Origin: Leptogorgia sarmentosa
Taxonomy: Eukaryota
Assembly (NCBI GenBank): GCA_964658305.1
Contig: OZ210885.1
Coordinates: 20,398,001 to 20,462,000 of the forward strand
DNA length: 64,000 bases
Direction of reading: 5' to 3'
Under the pieces are notes generated by a model. That model ran no database searches. It was not told the DNA's origin and saw only the letters and a list, made by a program, of their open reading frames with translations. The position numbers were made by a program, and so were the translations under genes. Below are positions 53,201 through 64,000 of this stretch, in pieces (position 1 is the first letter of the stretch; each line of letters starts with the position of its first letter).

Positions 53201-53851
53201 TTTATTAATGGGTGCAAAAATTTGTCCAGTAGCACACCTGGAACAAACCGTTTCTCGAGAATGCCAAAATTTGAGAGCACATCAAGTCCTTGCTCCTGTA
53301 TAACTTTCTGTCGACTTCCCAAAAGAAAGAGCTTAAGGATGTTGCATGTAAAAACTCTTCCAGTTAGCTCCAACATTGCCTCCAAAACCTTCAGTGCATC
53401 AGTTGTGCCATCAGACATGTGAAAACTCCCACGCTGCAAACAATTGTCACAATTGACCCCACACAGGAAAATGAGTTTAATAAGTACAATGTTCAAATGT
53501 AGATTTCCTCCAACAGCAGCAGGTGACACGTTGCTGTCACACTTTGTTGTCTCCCCGAAGAAAGGCATTTATGACGGCATTGCACAGGGTCCTCAAGGAA
53601 ATGTATGAGCTCATTACTGATGCAACTTGCTGTGTCTGTTCACTTTGGCTTTGAAACAACTTTAAAAGTGTGCTTATATCACCATATTTATAAAAGAGCA
53701 CACATTTTGCAGGTAATCCATCACGTCCTGCACGACCACATTGTTGATAATATTCCTCAATGCTGGTGGGTATTCTCGCGTGGATGACATAACGAACATC
53801 CTTCTTATCAATACCCATTCCAAACGAAGAATTAGCAACCATTACCTTGTC

Positions 53852-56800
53852 AGTGTAAAACACTGGTTCATAGACTTGATTTCATAGACAGTGTAAAACA
53901 CTGGTTCATACGGTGTAGTCCATTTGTTCTTCTTTGGTTGCTTCACCAGCACGTAATCACCAAGTAATAATGAAGTTTTCTTCGTTTGCTTCCCTTCTCT
54001 GCGTTTCTTCATTTTCTGTTTGTAAATAGCATCTCTTTGGTCGATCTGTTCGTCGAATTCCGTATTCTCTGACTTTGGTTCTACATGATCCATTTTGGTT
54101 CTTATAGTTGCTCTACTGATCGCTTCATAAGGTGTAACTCCTGTTGCTGGGTGTGGTGTCGATCTGTATGCAACTAACATGTCTTGTATTGCGTTCTGTC
54201 TCTCAAGACGATTTTTCCCTTTAAGATTGGCTACTCTTTCCGTCTTGTTTTAATATCTGCATAAATCGTTCTGCTTCACCATTTGCTCGAGGATGCAATG
54301 GTGTTATGTTATGATGTTCAAATCCTTCTTCTCGTCCAAACTGTTTAAATTCTCTAGAGTTGAATGGTGGTCCGTTGTCTGTTTCTATTCTTCTTGGCGT
54401 ACCGTAGGTGGCGAAAATGTGCTTCATTCTCTCTTTGTTTGCTGGGAAATTGGTTGAAGGGACCGCTTCTACTACTGGGTAGCGTGTTCTCTTGTCAATC
54501 ACAACAAGGTTGTAATGACCATCTGGATACGGTCCACCGTGGTCGACTGATACTGTATCCCATGGTTTGCTTGGAATATTCTTCACTTTGATTGGTTCTT
54601 CTCGATGATCTTTGGTTGTTACTTTGCATTCATAACACTGATCAATTGCTGTGTCGATCATACTGTTCATACGAGGGAACCAGTACTTCTCTCTCAGCAT
54701 CTGTTTCGTCTTCGTCTTTCCCAAATGTCCCAACTTGTGTCCAACTTTTACCACTTTTCTCTGGAGTGCTTCTGGCAGAACAATTCGTTGTTCTCGGAAG
54801 ATTAATCCTTCTGCAACAGATAACTCATCTTTCACATGTATGAAAGGCTCAACGTCTTGATCTCGTCTGTGTTTCTCCCAATCAGCTTTCGCTATTCTTT
54901 TAGCAATCTTCTGCATCTTTGGATCTATCTGTGTCTCCTCTCGTATTCTTCCAACAACTACGGCATGCTCGCTGTCAACTGTCCATTTGACAATTTTCTC
55001 TGTGTCGTCGTTTCCGGTATCCGGTAAAGGATGTCTAGAAATGTAGTCTAAAGGGTCTGCCTCGTCCTTGCCTGGCTCGTAGATTACTTCGAAGTCTACG
55101 TCTTGCATCTCCATCACCCATTTTTCTATTCTCGGAGGCATCTTTGCTTTGGTTTTGTTAAACAAAGGTACCAATGGCTTGTGTGCAGTAACTATCTGGA
55201 ATTTCGGTGCTCCGAGAAGATAAGATCTCAATCTCTCCTTGGCCCACTTGATGGCTAATGCATCTTTCTCTGTCTGGCTGTATCTCTTCTCTGTTTCAGT
55301 CATGGATCGACTTACGAAGTGTACTGGTTGCGTGCCTTTGTCAGTCTTCTGGAGGATAGCTGCAGCTAGTCCTTCGTTGAAACTTGCCTCTGTGCGTAGA
55401 ATAGTCTGCCTCTTGGGATCGAAATACGCCATGGTTGTGTCTTTCGAGATGCTGTTCTTAATCTTCACGAACGCATTTTCTTCTTGCTCGCCCCAGCGGA
55501 ACTTGGTATCTTTTCTCGTCAATTGATACAGTGGAGCTGCAATGGTTGCATAGCTCTCGATGAAGTTGTCAAGGTATCCAGCCATACAAAGGAAACTGCG
55601 CACTTCTTCCTTGCTCTTCAGTTCTTCGCATTCTTTAACTGCTTTAACCTTCTCCGAAGATGGTTTCAGCCCGTCTTTGGTGAAAGTGTGCCCAAAGAAT
55701 TCAATTTCTTCTTTCTCAAATTGGCATTTCTCTTTATTGAACATGACCCCGTAGTCTTTTGCTTGCTGGAAGACAGTTCTCAAAACTTTTCTGTGTTCTT
55801 TCTCATCCTTTCCGCCGAGGAGGATGTCATCTCTTTGGTTGAGGCAATGAGGTATATCTCCAAATATTCGGAACATCGATTCATCAAACACGTGTTGCGA
55901 TGACTTCGCGCCGAATACCAATCTTCGTGGTCTGTAATTTCCCCATGGTGTGCTGAATGTTGCTATCTTCCTTGTCTCTGGGTCGAGTGCTAGTTGGTGA
56001 TAGCCTTGTCGTAGGTCTAGCTTTGTGAATATTCCACAATCGTGCAGATGATATTCAAAATCTTCTACTCTAGGTGCTTGGACACATCGGCTGCGCTGCA
56101 TCGATCGGTTTGGTATTCTCATATCTATACTCGCTCGAATCATTTGGGTTTCTAACTTTTCTTTGTCGATCTTCGTGTACTTAGGTTTCGGTTGAACCAC
56201 TCGCGGTGAACACCAAGTGATTGGTTCCCCATCTGGGACTTTCTCGAATATTTTCTCTTCAACGCCTTGGTTCAGCCATTCTTTCAAAGGTTGTTGCAGG
56301 TGGTATGCCGCATGTCTGGGTTTCTGTGCTACCGGTATTGCTTCTGGGTCGATTTCTAATTCGACTTCGATTTCTTCTCCTGTGTTCTTTTCTCAAATGC
56401 ATCCAATTCCTTTAAAAACTTCTTTATATTCGTCAAGGATTGCTTCCATTTCACCCTTTGCTTTCACGGAGTGTATTCTAAGTTCATTTGTCTCTTTCAG
56501 GGTTCCTTGCGGTTCTATCTTGAGCATTCCGAGTTCAATCAGCGTGTTCTTGCATAACAGCGGTGGTGAATCCATTTTGCCTTCGATCACCAGAAATTTA
56601 CTTGTTGTACCCCGATTACAGTTTCGTAATATAGTCCTGAACTCGCCTTTTACTACCAGTGTGGATTGAAGTGTCTTTAAGGTGTCGTTGCTCAGTTCCA
56701 ATTCTTTGATGGACTTCGATCTGTGTTGAAGAGCTCTAAATTGGTACTCGTCCATTATGTTTGCACTTGCCTCTGCTGTCTGGTTCAATGCTAGCATCGA

Positions 56801-58141
56801 TATCTCCTATTCTGATCAATACAGTGTCCTGGTTCTTGCCTGATTGGACTCTCTTTACATGATGCGACACATGTTTGGCTGCTTGAGATATAAATTCGTC
56901 GTCGGAGTCGCTGCTTGTATGATCCTCCGATGTTTTCTTGATGTGCTTCTGGGAGTTTCCACCCCGGTGGTCTCTGTTTCTGTTGCTCCCTCCAGGTTCT
57001 CACTTTTACCGCTCTTGCAACATATTACGAAGTGATTGTACTTGCCACACTTTAAACATTGTTTTCCAAACGCTGGGCAATTCTGGCCAGCTTTGTGACT
57101 ATCTGTTTTTCCGCAGTAGCCACACATCTTTCCAGGTTTCTTCCATTCTTGCTTTGCCTTTGGCCCATCACGTTTGGTGTACGATCCGTGTGCTTTCGCT
57201 TGTTTCCCACTTGTGAATTTGTAATCTCGTTTGTGTTTTTCTGCTCGTTGACCTATTCTTGCTACTTTATGGTCGTCTTTCATATCTTTCACTTGTTGTC
57301 CAATATCTTCGCGTTGACTGGCTTCTTCGATAAACTGTTCTAAGTTCCATCGTTTTTGAATGCATCTCTTAATAAGATCATTGTCTTTGATAGTTTGGAT
57401 CAAGTGTTCTAGAATTCTGTCGCCAAATTCACAATCTCTCGCTTTCTCACGCATTCTGGCTGCGTACGCGACGATACTTTTGTATGACTCCATTCGTTGT
57501 TTACTGAACGTATAACTTGCATAGTGTTTGTTTTTCTTTGGTAGAAAATGATTGTTTAATTTCCTTTTTAGTTTCTCGTACTCGTTATCTACTTCAATAG
57601 GTGGTGAATCTGGTAGATTGCGTGCCAACTTTTTCAGTTCTTGTCCACCACATATTTTGAGGGCGCTAACTTTGTCTCGTATCTCGAAATATGTTATTTC
57701 GTCTTCGAAGTCTTCCATCCATTCTTCCCATGCTCTGCCGACTTTTAAATGATTATCTGGAATCTTAAACGGCTCTATTTTAAGAGTTTTGCTCGTCGCT
57801 ATTACTCTCATATTGTTCTGCTCTGCTTCTTGCCCTTCGGCCATCGGAATTTCGTCTCAAAGTCCGATTTCTTTCGTTCGCTTTTGCTCAGTTTATTTCT
57901 TCGGGTTTTTCTAAATGTCCATTGTAGAGTCTTTGCTAACTCATCATCTAGCTTCGCTTATCTTGCTAGGTATTTTTGCTGCGATATTTTTACAATATTT
58001 TCGTGTTTTCATCCTCGTCGCCAATGTAATGTTTACTGCATACGTGGCAGTCATGCAATGGGTTTGAATATAATTTACTAGCTATTTAAATACAGGTGTA
58101 TAATGAGGTGCATGCATTTACATAAAGGTCAGGATATTACA
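53852..58141 (-). mobile_element. Gypsy LTR retrotransposon; 5' LTR present, 3' end deleted
   Basis: 117-bp LTR at 58025-58141 (TGTAAT..ATTACA). Gag with CCHC knuckles at 56855-57844, protease remnant, and RT-RH-IN at 54221-56287 (LDLRQGYHQ, QRDD, TDNGPPF, NGEAE). Confidence 0.92.
58010..58023 (-). promoter_or_regulatory. Gypsy primer-binding site (tRNA-Ser(GCU)-complementary)
   Basis: TGGCGACGAGGATG, 1 nt after the LTR. Confidence 0.75.
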
Positions 58142-59220
58142 ATATCCCTAGTTCATGACATCTGCCAAGAGTATCATCAGTGAGGGATATTATTGGAGAA
58201 ATAACCAATGTGGTCTTGGTGGAAATTACAGCTGGAAGAAGATACATTAACGTTTTACCACCACCTGTTCCAACCACTTTCATAACATTTTTTTCCACTC
58301 ATAGTGGCCATGATTGTCTCCCTTTGCAGCGGGCGAAAAGACGTAAAACCAAAATATTGTCTTAATGCATTGTCAATAATTTCTCCCCTTTCAATATCAA
58401 CATGCAGCTGTGGCACAGACGTATCAAAATCTCCACTTATATGGTCTGTGAGTGTGGTTTCATTGGAAGGCAAATTCACCTTTCGCACATAATTAAGTTC
58501 AACGAGAGGCTTACTATTTACGACTGACACGTTATAAACAAAGCAATCATTTGCTTCATCAGTAATTTCAATCGGCTGAATCAGTGCGTTATTCTCCACG
58601 TTGACGTGTTTGGTAAAATCGAAAATTTTTTTGCAAGCAAAATACAAATTTCGTAGTGGCTTCAAACGATGAAATGGCTTTCACCACCGTCTCTACTTGG
58701 AATCCTTTCACTTTAAAGTTAAACGCTTTATTCGGCCACAATGGAGGAACAGATGAGAGCTTTTCAAGAGCTTTGACGACATGCAAGGATTTCTCACTTG
58801 ATGCCGCCATGTTTATGACTGACAAATCGTTCCTCACCCTCCCGAGGAAAGTACATAAGATTTTTGTGTTACCTACCCGCGCAAAGTCGGTTTTACTATG
58901 CGCGAAGCCTATGCGCAGAACGGACACAGCATGTCGATTTTTGGCAGGCAACTCCTCGCCCTTTCCATTTGCCCTTTTACCCTAACAAAACCCTACTTAT
59001 CCTTACTCATCACCTTTCGTCGCCCGCACTCTGTTGATAGCGGTTTAATTTATTTTTACTGCTTGTTACACTCTAGCGCAATTTTTTCACAATAACAAAA
59101 TATCCTTTACGAAAGCCGAAGACTATTAAGAATTTGCTGTATTTATGTACTAAAAACTTTCTACTGAAACTTTGCCGTAGACGTTGCAAGAGTTGCCTGC
59201 GGAGGAGGCTAGTGTAAACA

Positions 59221-60165
59221 TTTCCCGAAGGTAATCAATAGAATTTCCTTTCATTATTTGTATCATTAAGGTTTCTAATTGTTTATCTCTCCTTTTTTCT
59301 AAAGTGTCCCAACAAAGTTTGGATCTGACAGTATCTGAGGCAATTTCATAACTATCACCTGTTATTATACGACCTGCTTTATTTTGAAGCTTTTGCAATT
59401 TGTTTTGCAGATTTTTGGAACAGTTTTTGCATACCAACGCACAATAATCAAAATGTGGCAAAGCAAATGCGCCATAAATGGTCTTTAGCGTAGCTTTGTC
59501 AAGAAAACTCTTAGATCTACGTAATATTCCTATTCCTTTTGCGGCTTTTTTTGCCACTTGATCAATATGGTCTTTCCAGGTGATGCATTCATCCACAACT
59601 GTACCAAGTGTTTTGGTGGATGAAATGCGCTTAATGCTCTCAGATCCTATCGATAAAGTTGGATCAGTAATAATTTGAGACAGCCGTTGTCTTGATCCAA
59701 TAAGGATATATTCGGTTTTTTCCGTATTTAAGGTTAATTTATTGGCTAATAGCCACATATGCACTTTGTTTAATTCTGTTTGTAAGTTATCTTGTATTTC
59801 GATTGTAGTGGTACCCCTAACAGTAATGTTAGTGTCATCAGCGAACAATGCTGGTACTGAAAAATCTAGACATTTCGGTAAATCATTTATATATAGTAAA
59901 AAAAAGTAGGGGACCAAGATTTGACCCCTGCGGGACACCTGTTGTAATATTTTCACTATTTGAAACCGACATTCCAACTTTACAAACTTGTTTTCTATTA
60001 CTCAGATATAAGTTGAACCAGCGAAGGGCGTTATTTTTTATTCCATAGAATTCTAATTTTTGAACTAATATATCATGATCAACTGTATCGAAAGCTTTTT
60101 TTAGGTCTAAAAAAACAACGCCATTAATCAAACCAGTATCCATATTTACTAACCATTCATTAGTT
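59221..60165 (-). mobile_element. LINE A RT region (CR1/L2 group), 5'-truncated; target of AcademH element 2
   Basis: FLDLKKAFDTV, GVPQGSNLGP, FADDT; continues in frame at 30006. Confidence 0.88.
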
Positions 60166-63100
60166 AGTAAACCAGTTAAGTTTTGTTGGAACTCTCAGCT
60201 CTTTGCGCTTCTTAGGATTCAGTTTCATATAGTTTAAGTCACACCCCAGTTAGATATATGGTCTAATTCATGTTGCATGTTTAGATTGGCTGTATTTCGG
60301 AATGATTTCAGAGATAGTGAGGTTGTTGACGTACTTCCAACTATCGGACTGTAATGTATTCAAATCGTTCACCATAACTAAAAACAAAATAGGTCGTAAT
60401 TTAGTTCCTTGGGGGACACCGGCATTCACTTGTGCCCACTCAGAGACAGATTCCCCAATTTTGATTCTCTGCCTGCGATCAGTTAAAAAGTCACATATCC
60501 ATGGAATAAGGGATCTGCGAAGGCCCATGTCAATCAGTTTAGTAACCAATACATTCAGGTTGATTCTGTCAAAAGCCTTACTAAAATCAAGTAAGACAAT
60601 CCGCGATGAGGATCCATCGACATCAAGTTTGGAAAGCCAAGAATGGAACATATCTAGTAGGCATAAAGTACTTGATGAGCCACGCAGACATCCAAATTGT
60701 TTGGGATCGATACGATGTCCAATATCCTCCATGATCCATTCAACGACAAATTCCTTTAGAACTTTTGATATACATGACGTTAAGGAGATTGGACATAGAT
60801 CATTTTTGTCTTTAGGAGGTGTTTCTTTTGGAATTGGAGAAATATTCGAAGACTTCCAAGGAGAAGGGGTAGTGGCAGAGGATAAGGAGAGGTTAAAAAT
60901 TTCTGCAAGTGGGTCAGATAATTCGTAAGCAAATTCTTTGAGGATGCGAGGCGTAATATTATCGGGGCCAGCCCCTTTAAAGGGGTTAAGATTAAGTAGT
61001 CTTTTACAAACTTGATAGGGGTGGATGGTAGGTAATTGGTCAGCAGCAGGTAAAAAGGCTGGTAAACTATGCAGGTCTAGGGGTGGGACATCTTCATTTA
61101 CAGACAAAAAGAATTGGTTTAGAGTTGTTACTAGTTCATCATTAGTAAGGATGGTGCCATTTTCCTCAAGGTGCATTGATGATTTAGTATTTGATCTACC
61201 AGACAGTTGGTTAATCAGTTTCCACCAAGTTCTGCAGTCGCTCTTTTTAAGATGTCGTACTTTCTCAGAATAAAAGTTTTTCTTCTGAAGTTGGATTGCA
61301 GATTTAACTTTGCTTTTGTAATGATGCCAAAGGTCAATGTTTCCACTAGAGTAGGCATGCTGACGAGCGATTATCATTTGTTTAATAGATACTGACATCC
61401 AAGGTTTATCATTGCTATTGCACCGGGAAGAAAGTGTTCATAGCTGATATAATCTTTTCATTGAAGTTGGAAGTAAGATCCTCAACCTCTACTGTTGATG
61501 TTGGGTTCCAATCATGCAAAGTTAGCCATCGACCAAAAGCTGTTCGCCGAGATTGGGAGAAAAGTCGTCGTTGGCGCTTAATCACCTTTCCGTGTGGTTT
61601 GGGCGCATTGACATCTGGAGCCCAATTGACAACATTATGATCAGATGTACCCACCGGTGCTAGAATTGAAGGTTTATTATAAAATTGCTGCATGTTCGTG
61701 ATGATGAGATCTAGGATAGCTGAGCTTCTGGTTGGCTCAGAAATGATTTATTTCAGATTGTGGCTGATTAATAAATCAGAAATATTTAGATTATTGAAGT
61801 CACCCAATAGAACGATACCGCAGTCAGGAAGTTGGTTGCGGGCTTCGTCGAGAGATTCGATTAAATAATTTACAAGGTCTCGCTGTTCTTGTGCTGATTT
61901 ATCCGGGGGGCTATATAAAACACCCATAACAATGTTCGAAATTTTTCTGGGAAGGCGATACGGTCTAAGCCGCAACCATAAACATTCGTAAAGAGGATTT
62001 TCAAGGCCAGGCCATCTTTTGTAGGAGATTGAGTTAGATACGAACGCACATACACCTCCACCATGTCCAAAGGTTCTATCTTGGTGGATTAGATTGTAAT
62101 TGGGAATAGACAGTACTTTATCTTCAATACCACTATGAAGCCAAGTCTCGGAGACAGCCGAAATATCGATGCTTAAGTGGTTTCAATTAGTGCTAATTTC
62201 GTCAATTTTAGGTAATAGTGATCTAACGTTTGTAGACAGAAAGTTGGGTAAATGTACTTTTGATCCAGATTCATTAGGGTTAATTGGATTGGTGAAAGGA
62301 ATTTTGATTAAGTTAGACATGTTTCTAGATCTGATTGATACACGTGGGTCACAAGGGGGATGAATATTCCGGTTAGTTAAAAGTACGGGGATTTCCTTCT
62401 CTGTGTTCGGTCCGCGTTCGAATGATTCGATTTTCTTCAGTGCATTGACATTGTTTGGTGCATGAGAGCGAGATGGTTCATCCATTCCAACGTTCTGGAT
62501 TGTATTGGGTACCGAAACCAAGGAAGATGAGTGTGGGTATCGTTGGTAAGTGTTTGTGGGAATGCATTGTATGAAATGTGTGATATCTGGGGATAAGCTA
62601 AAATTGGAGGCGGGTTGGGGAAATTTCCTCGAAAATGGTTTTGGACATGGGATACAAATTTGTTACGTGCATGGCTCTCTTTTCTCTCTCGGTATTCACA
62701 TAACTGATTCTGGAAAGTTGGGCTTGAGGAATTAACTATAGAGCCAGCAACCACTTCGGTAATTGTTGTGCTGTTATGAATAGAATCATCACCACAGCTG
62801 GTCTCGTCAACAGTGATATATTCATGTAAAAAAGAAAAGTTACTGCTTGTGCTAATTATACTTGTCTTATCAGATTCTATTATTGCCAAATCGCTCTGTG
62901 TTGCCAATTCTTTTGTGTCAGTGGATGGTAAACAATTCTTTGACTCATCTAATTTATGCGTGTTTACATAATCGTTTTTTTGCGTGGGAGACTGATTTAT
63001 GAAGCCTTCTTTCAATTTAAGCTTGTTTTGAAGAGACACAATAGTGTCATTCAGTTTGGATATCTCAGCATTTCTACCCTTTATTAAAATTGATATGTCT

Positions 63101-63423
63101 CCTTCGAGTTGCCTAGTTTTTTCTTTCTCGTTTGCTAGTTCATGCTCCAATCTTTCAACTTCCTCATTTTGTGTTATAGTCCAGCTGTTAACGACCACAA
63201 TTGTTCACTTTGATGATAAAAGCATGAAACTTTGCCACATTACTAACATCCCTAGTACTAATGTTTTTGTCTATGGAGCCAAACGAAATTCACTTATGCT
63301 AACGAGTAATGCGCATGTCATAAAATACTCAACATGGAAACGAGGCTGCTTTAATAACCCTAGTTTGAACCGTTTTTTTGAAGATTTTTTTTCAGAAATT
63401 TTTCTCATTAATATATCAGCCAT
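60166..63423 (-). mobile_element. LINE B (APE-RT; Rex1/Babar- or CR1-group-like), 3'-truncated and degraded
   Basis: Coiled-coil ORF at 62437-63198. APE pieces (TNVRSL, SETWL, LRPYRLPR, GDFN, SDH). RT at 60268-61398 (LDFSKAFD, GVPQGTKL). Confidence 0.8.
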
Positions 63424-63485
63424 GTTCTTCACTCTGAAATGTAAAGTATTGTCACGTGACCTATTTCCTGGAAATTAAATTAAAT

Positions 63486-64000
63486 TAGAACCCAGGCTTC
63501 TCACACGCGATTTCAAGATGGCGGCCGTCTTTGGCACTTACAGTCATAAAAGGTAAGACATTTTTAATGTTATCTTAGGGTTTTTTGTTTCTATCTGCAT
63601 TAGTAACTCACGAAATTTTCTACTTCTGTACGAAACGAATAAAGAATCCCCAATTGCCATGTTTTTTTTATCATTCTCTACGTTATTACTAAAACTATTA
63701 CTAAAGATTTTTGAAAATCATGGATTGGGATCTGTGCATTATTTGCCAACAATGTTCCGTTGAAAAATTACAATGTCCTGCAAACTCAAAGCGTAAAGAT
63801 GCTGGTGTTGGCTACACTTCATTTGTTTGCAATCTCAAAGAATTCCAGAAGCTAGAAATTACCCCTGAATGTTTAAATGTGGAACGTCTCGATGAAGGTC
63901 TTGGAATAGAGCAGACTCTTTTGAATAAAAAAGCCTCCTGGCACAAGTCTTGTCGAGACCTTTTCAGCAATACCAAGTTAGAGCGTGCCAAGAAAAGAAA
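63486..64000 (+). mobile_element. 5' end of an AcademX-like element running off the window
   Basis: A TAG terminus (TAGAACCCAGGCTTCTC) precedes an unlisted ORF from ATG 63720: MDWDLCIICQQ..KLQCPANSKR..ASWHKSCRDLFSNTKLERAKKR, which resembles Academ protein N-termini. Confidence 0.65.

Larger units (their letters stand above)
53119..58810 (-). pseudogene. RecQ-like helicase of AcademH element 2, split by Gypsy and missing its central motifs
   Basis: 58810-58142 has FGFTSFRPLQ..TGGGKTL..VISPI. 53850-53119 has FGMGIDKKDVR, YYQQCGRAGRDG and C..NCDNC (RQC). Confidence 0.85.
30016..59211. mobile_element. AcademH-type DNA transposon 2 (29.2 kb including nested insertions)
   Basis: TAGCCTCCTC..GAGGAGGCTA termini, ~200-bp TIRs (30016-~30216 and ~59013-59211), and a 9-bp TSD GTGTAAACA at 30007-30015 and 59212-59220. 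Convergent transposase (+) and RecQ-like helicase (-). Confidence 0.93.

Noticed and set aside
1..64000. Minus-strand orientation bias suggesting a uni-strand piRNA cluster
   Set aside because: Five of seven retroelements are on minus, but several large elements are on plus; the sample is too small.

Overview
Eukaryotic, AT-rich DNA made almost entirely of nested transposable elements, with no host gene. A marine invertebrate, probably a cnidarian/coral, is inferred from the repeat repertoire. The backbone is two complete AcademH-type DNA transposons, 7678-15947 and 30016-59211. Each has ~200-bp TIRs, a perfect 9-bp TSD, and a spliced Academ/DUF6589-like DDE transposase convergent with a RecQ-like SF2 helicase. 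In both divergent elements an ankyrin-repeat module sits inside the transposase, just before the second catalytic GD motif; this is the most notable signal in the window. Element 1 sits in a BEL/Pao protease region and carries a third, internal TIR copy that delimits a transposase-only sub-element. Element 2 sits in a LINE and has grown to 29 kb by hosting a CR1/L2-group LINE, a Helentron (itself holding a young BEL/Pao element), a Gypsy element and a palindromic double hammerhead motif. Also present: a KolobokP-like end (transposase tail plus KolX/P2X7-ballast-like gene), a Sola3-like transposase fused in frame to BEL RNase H, a DD34E Tc1-like element, two AcademX-like remnants, more LINEs and several MITEs. 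Nearly all ORFs are pseudogenised. Family names come from recalled motifs, not database searches.
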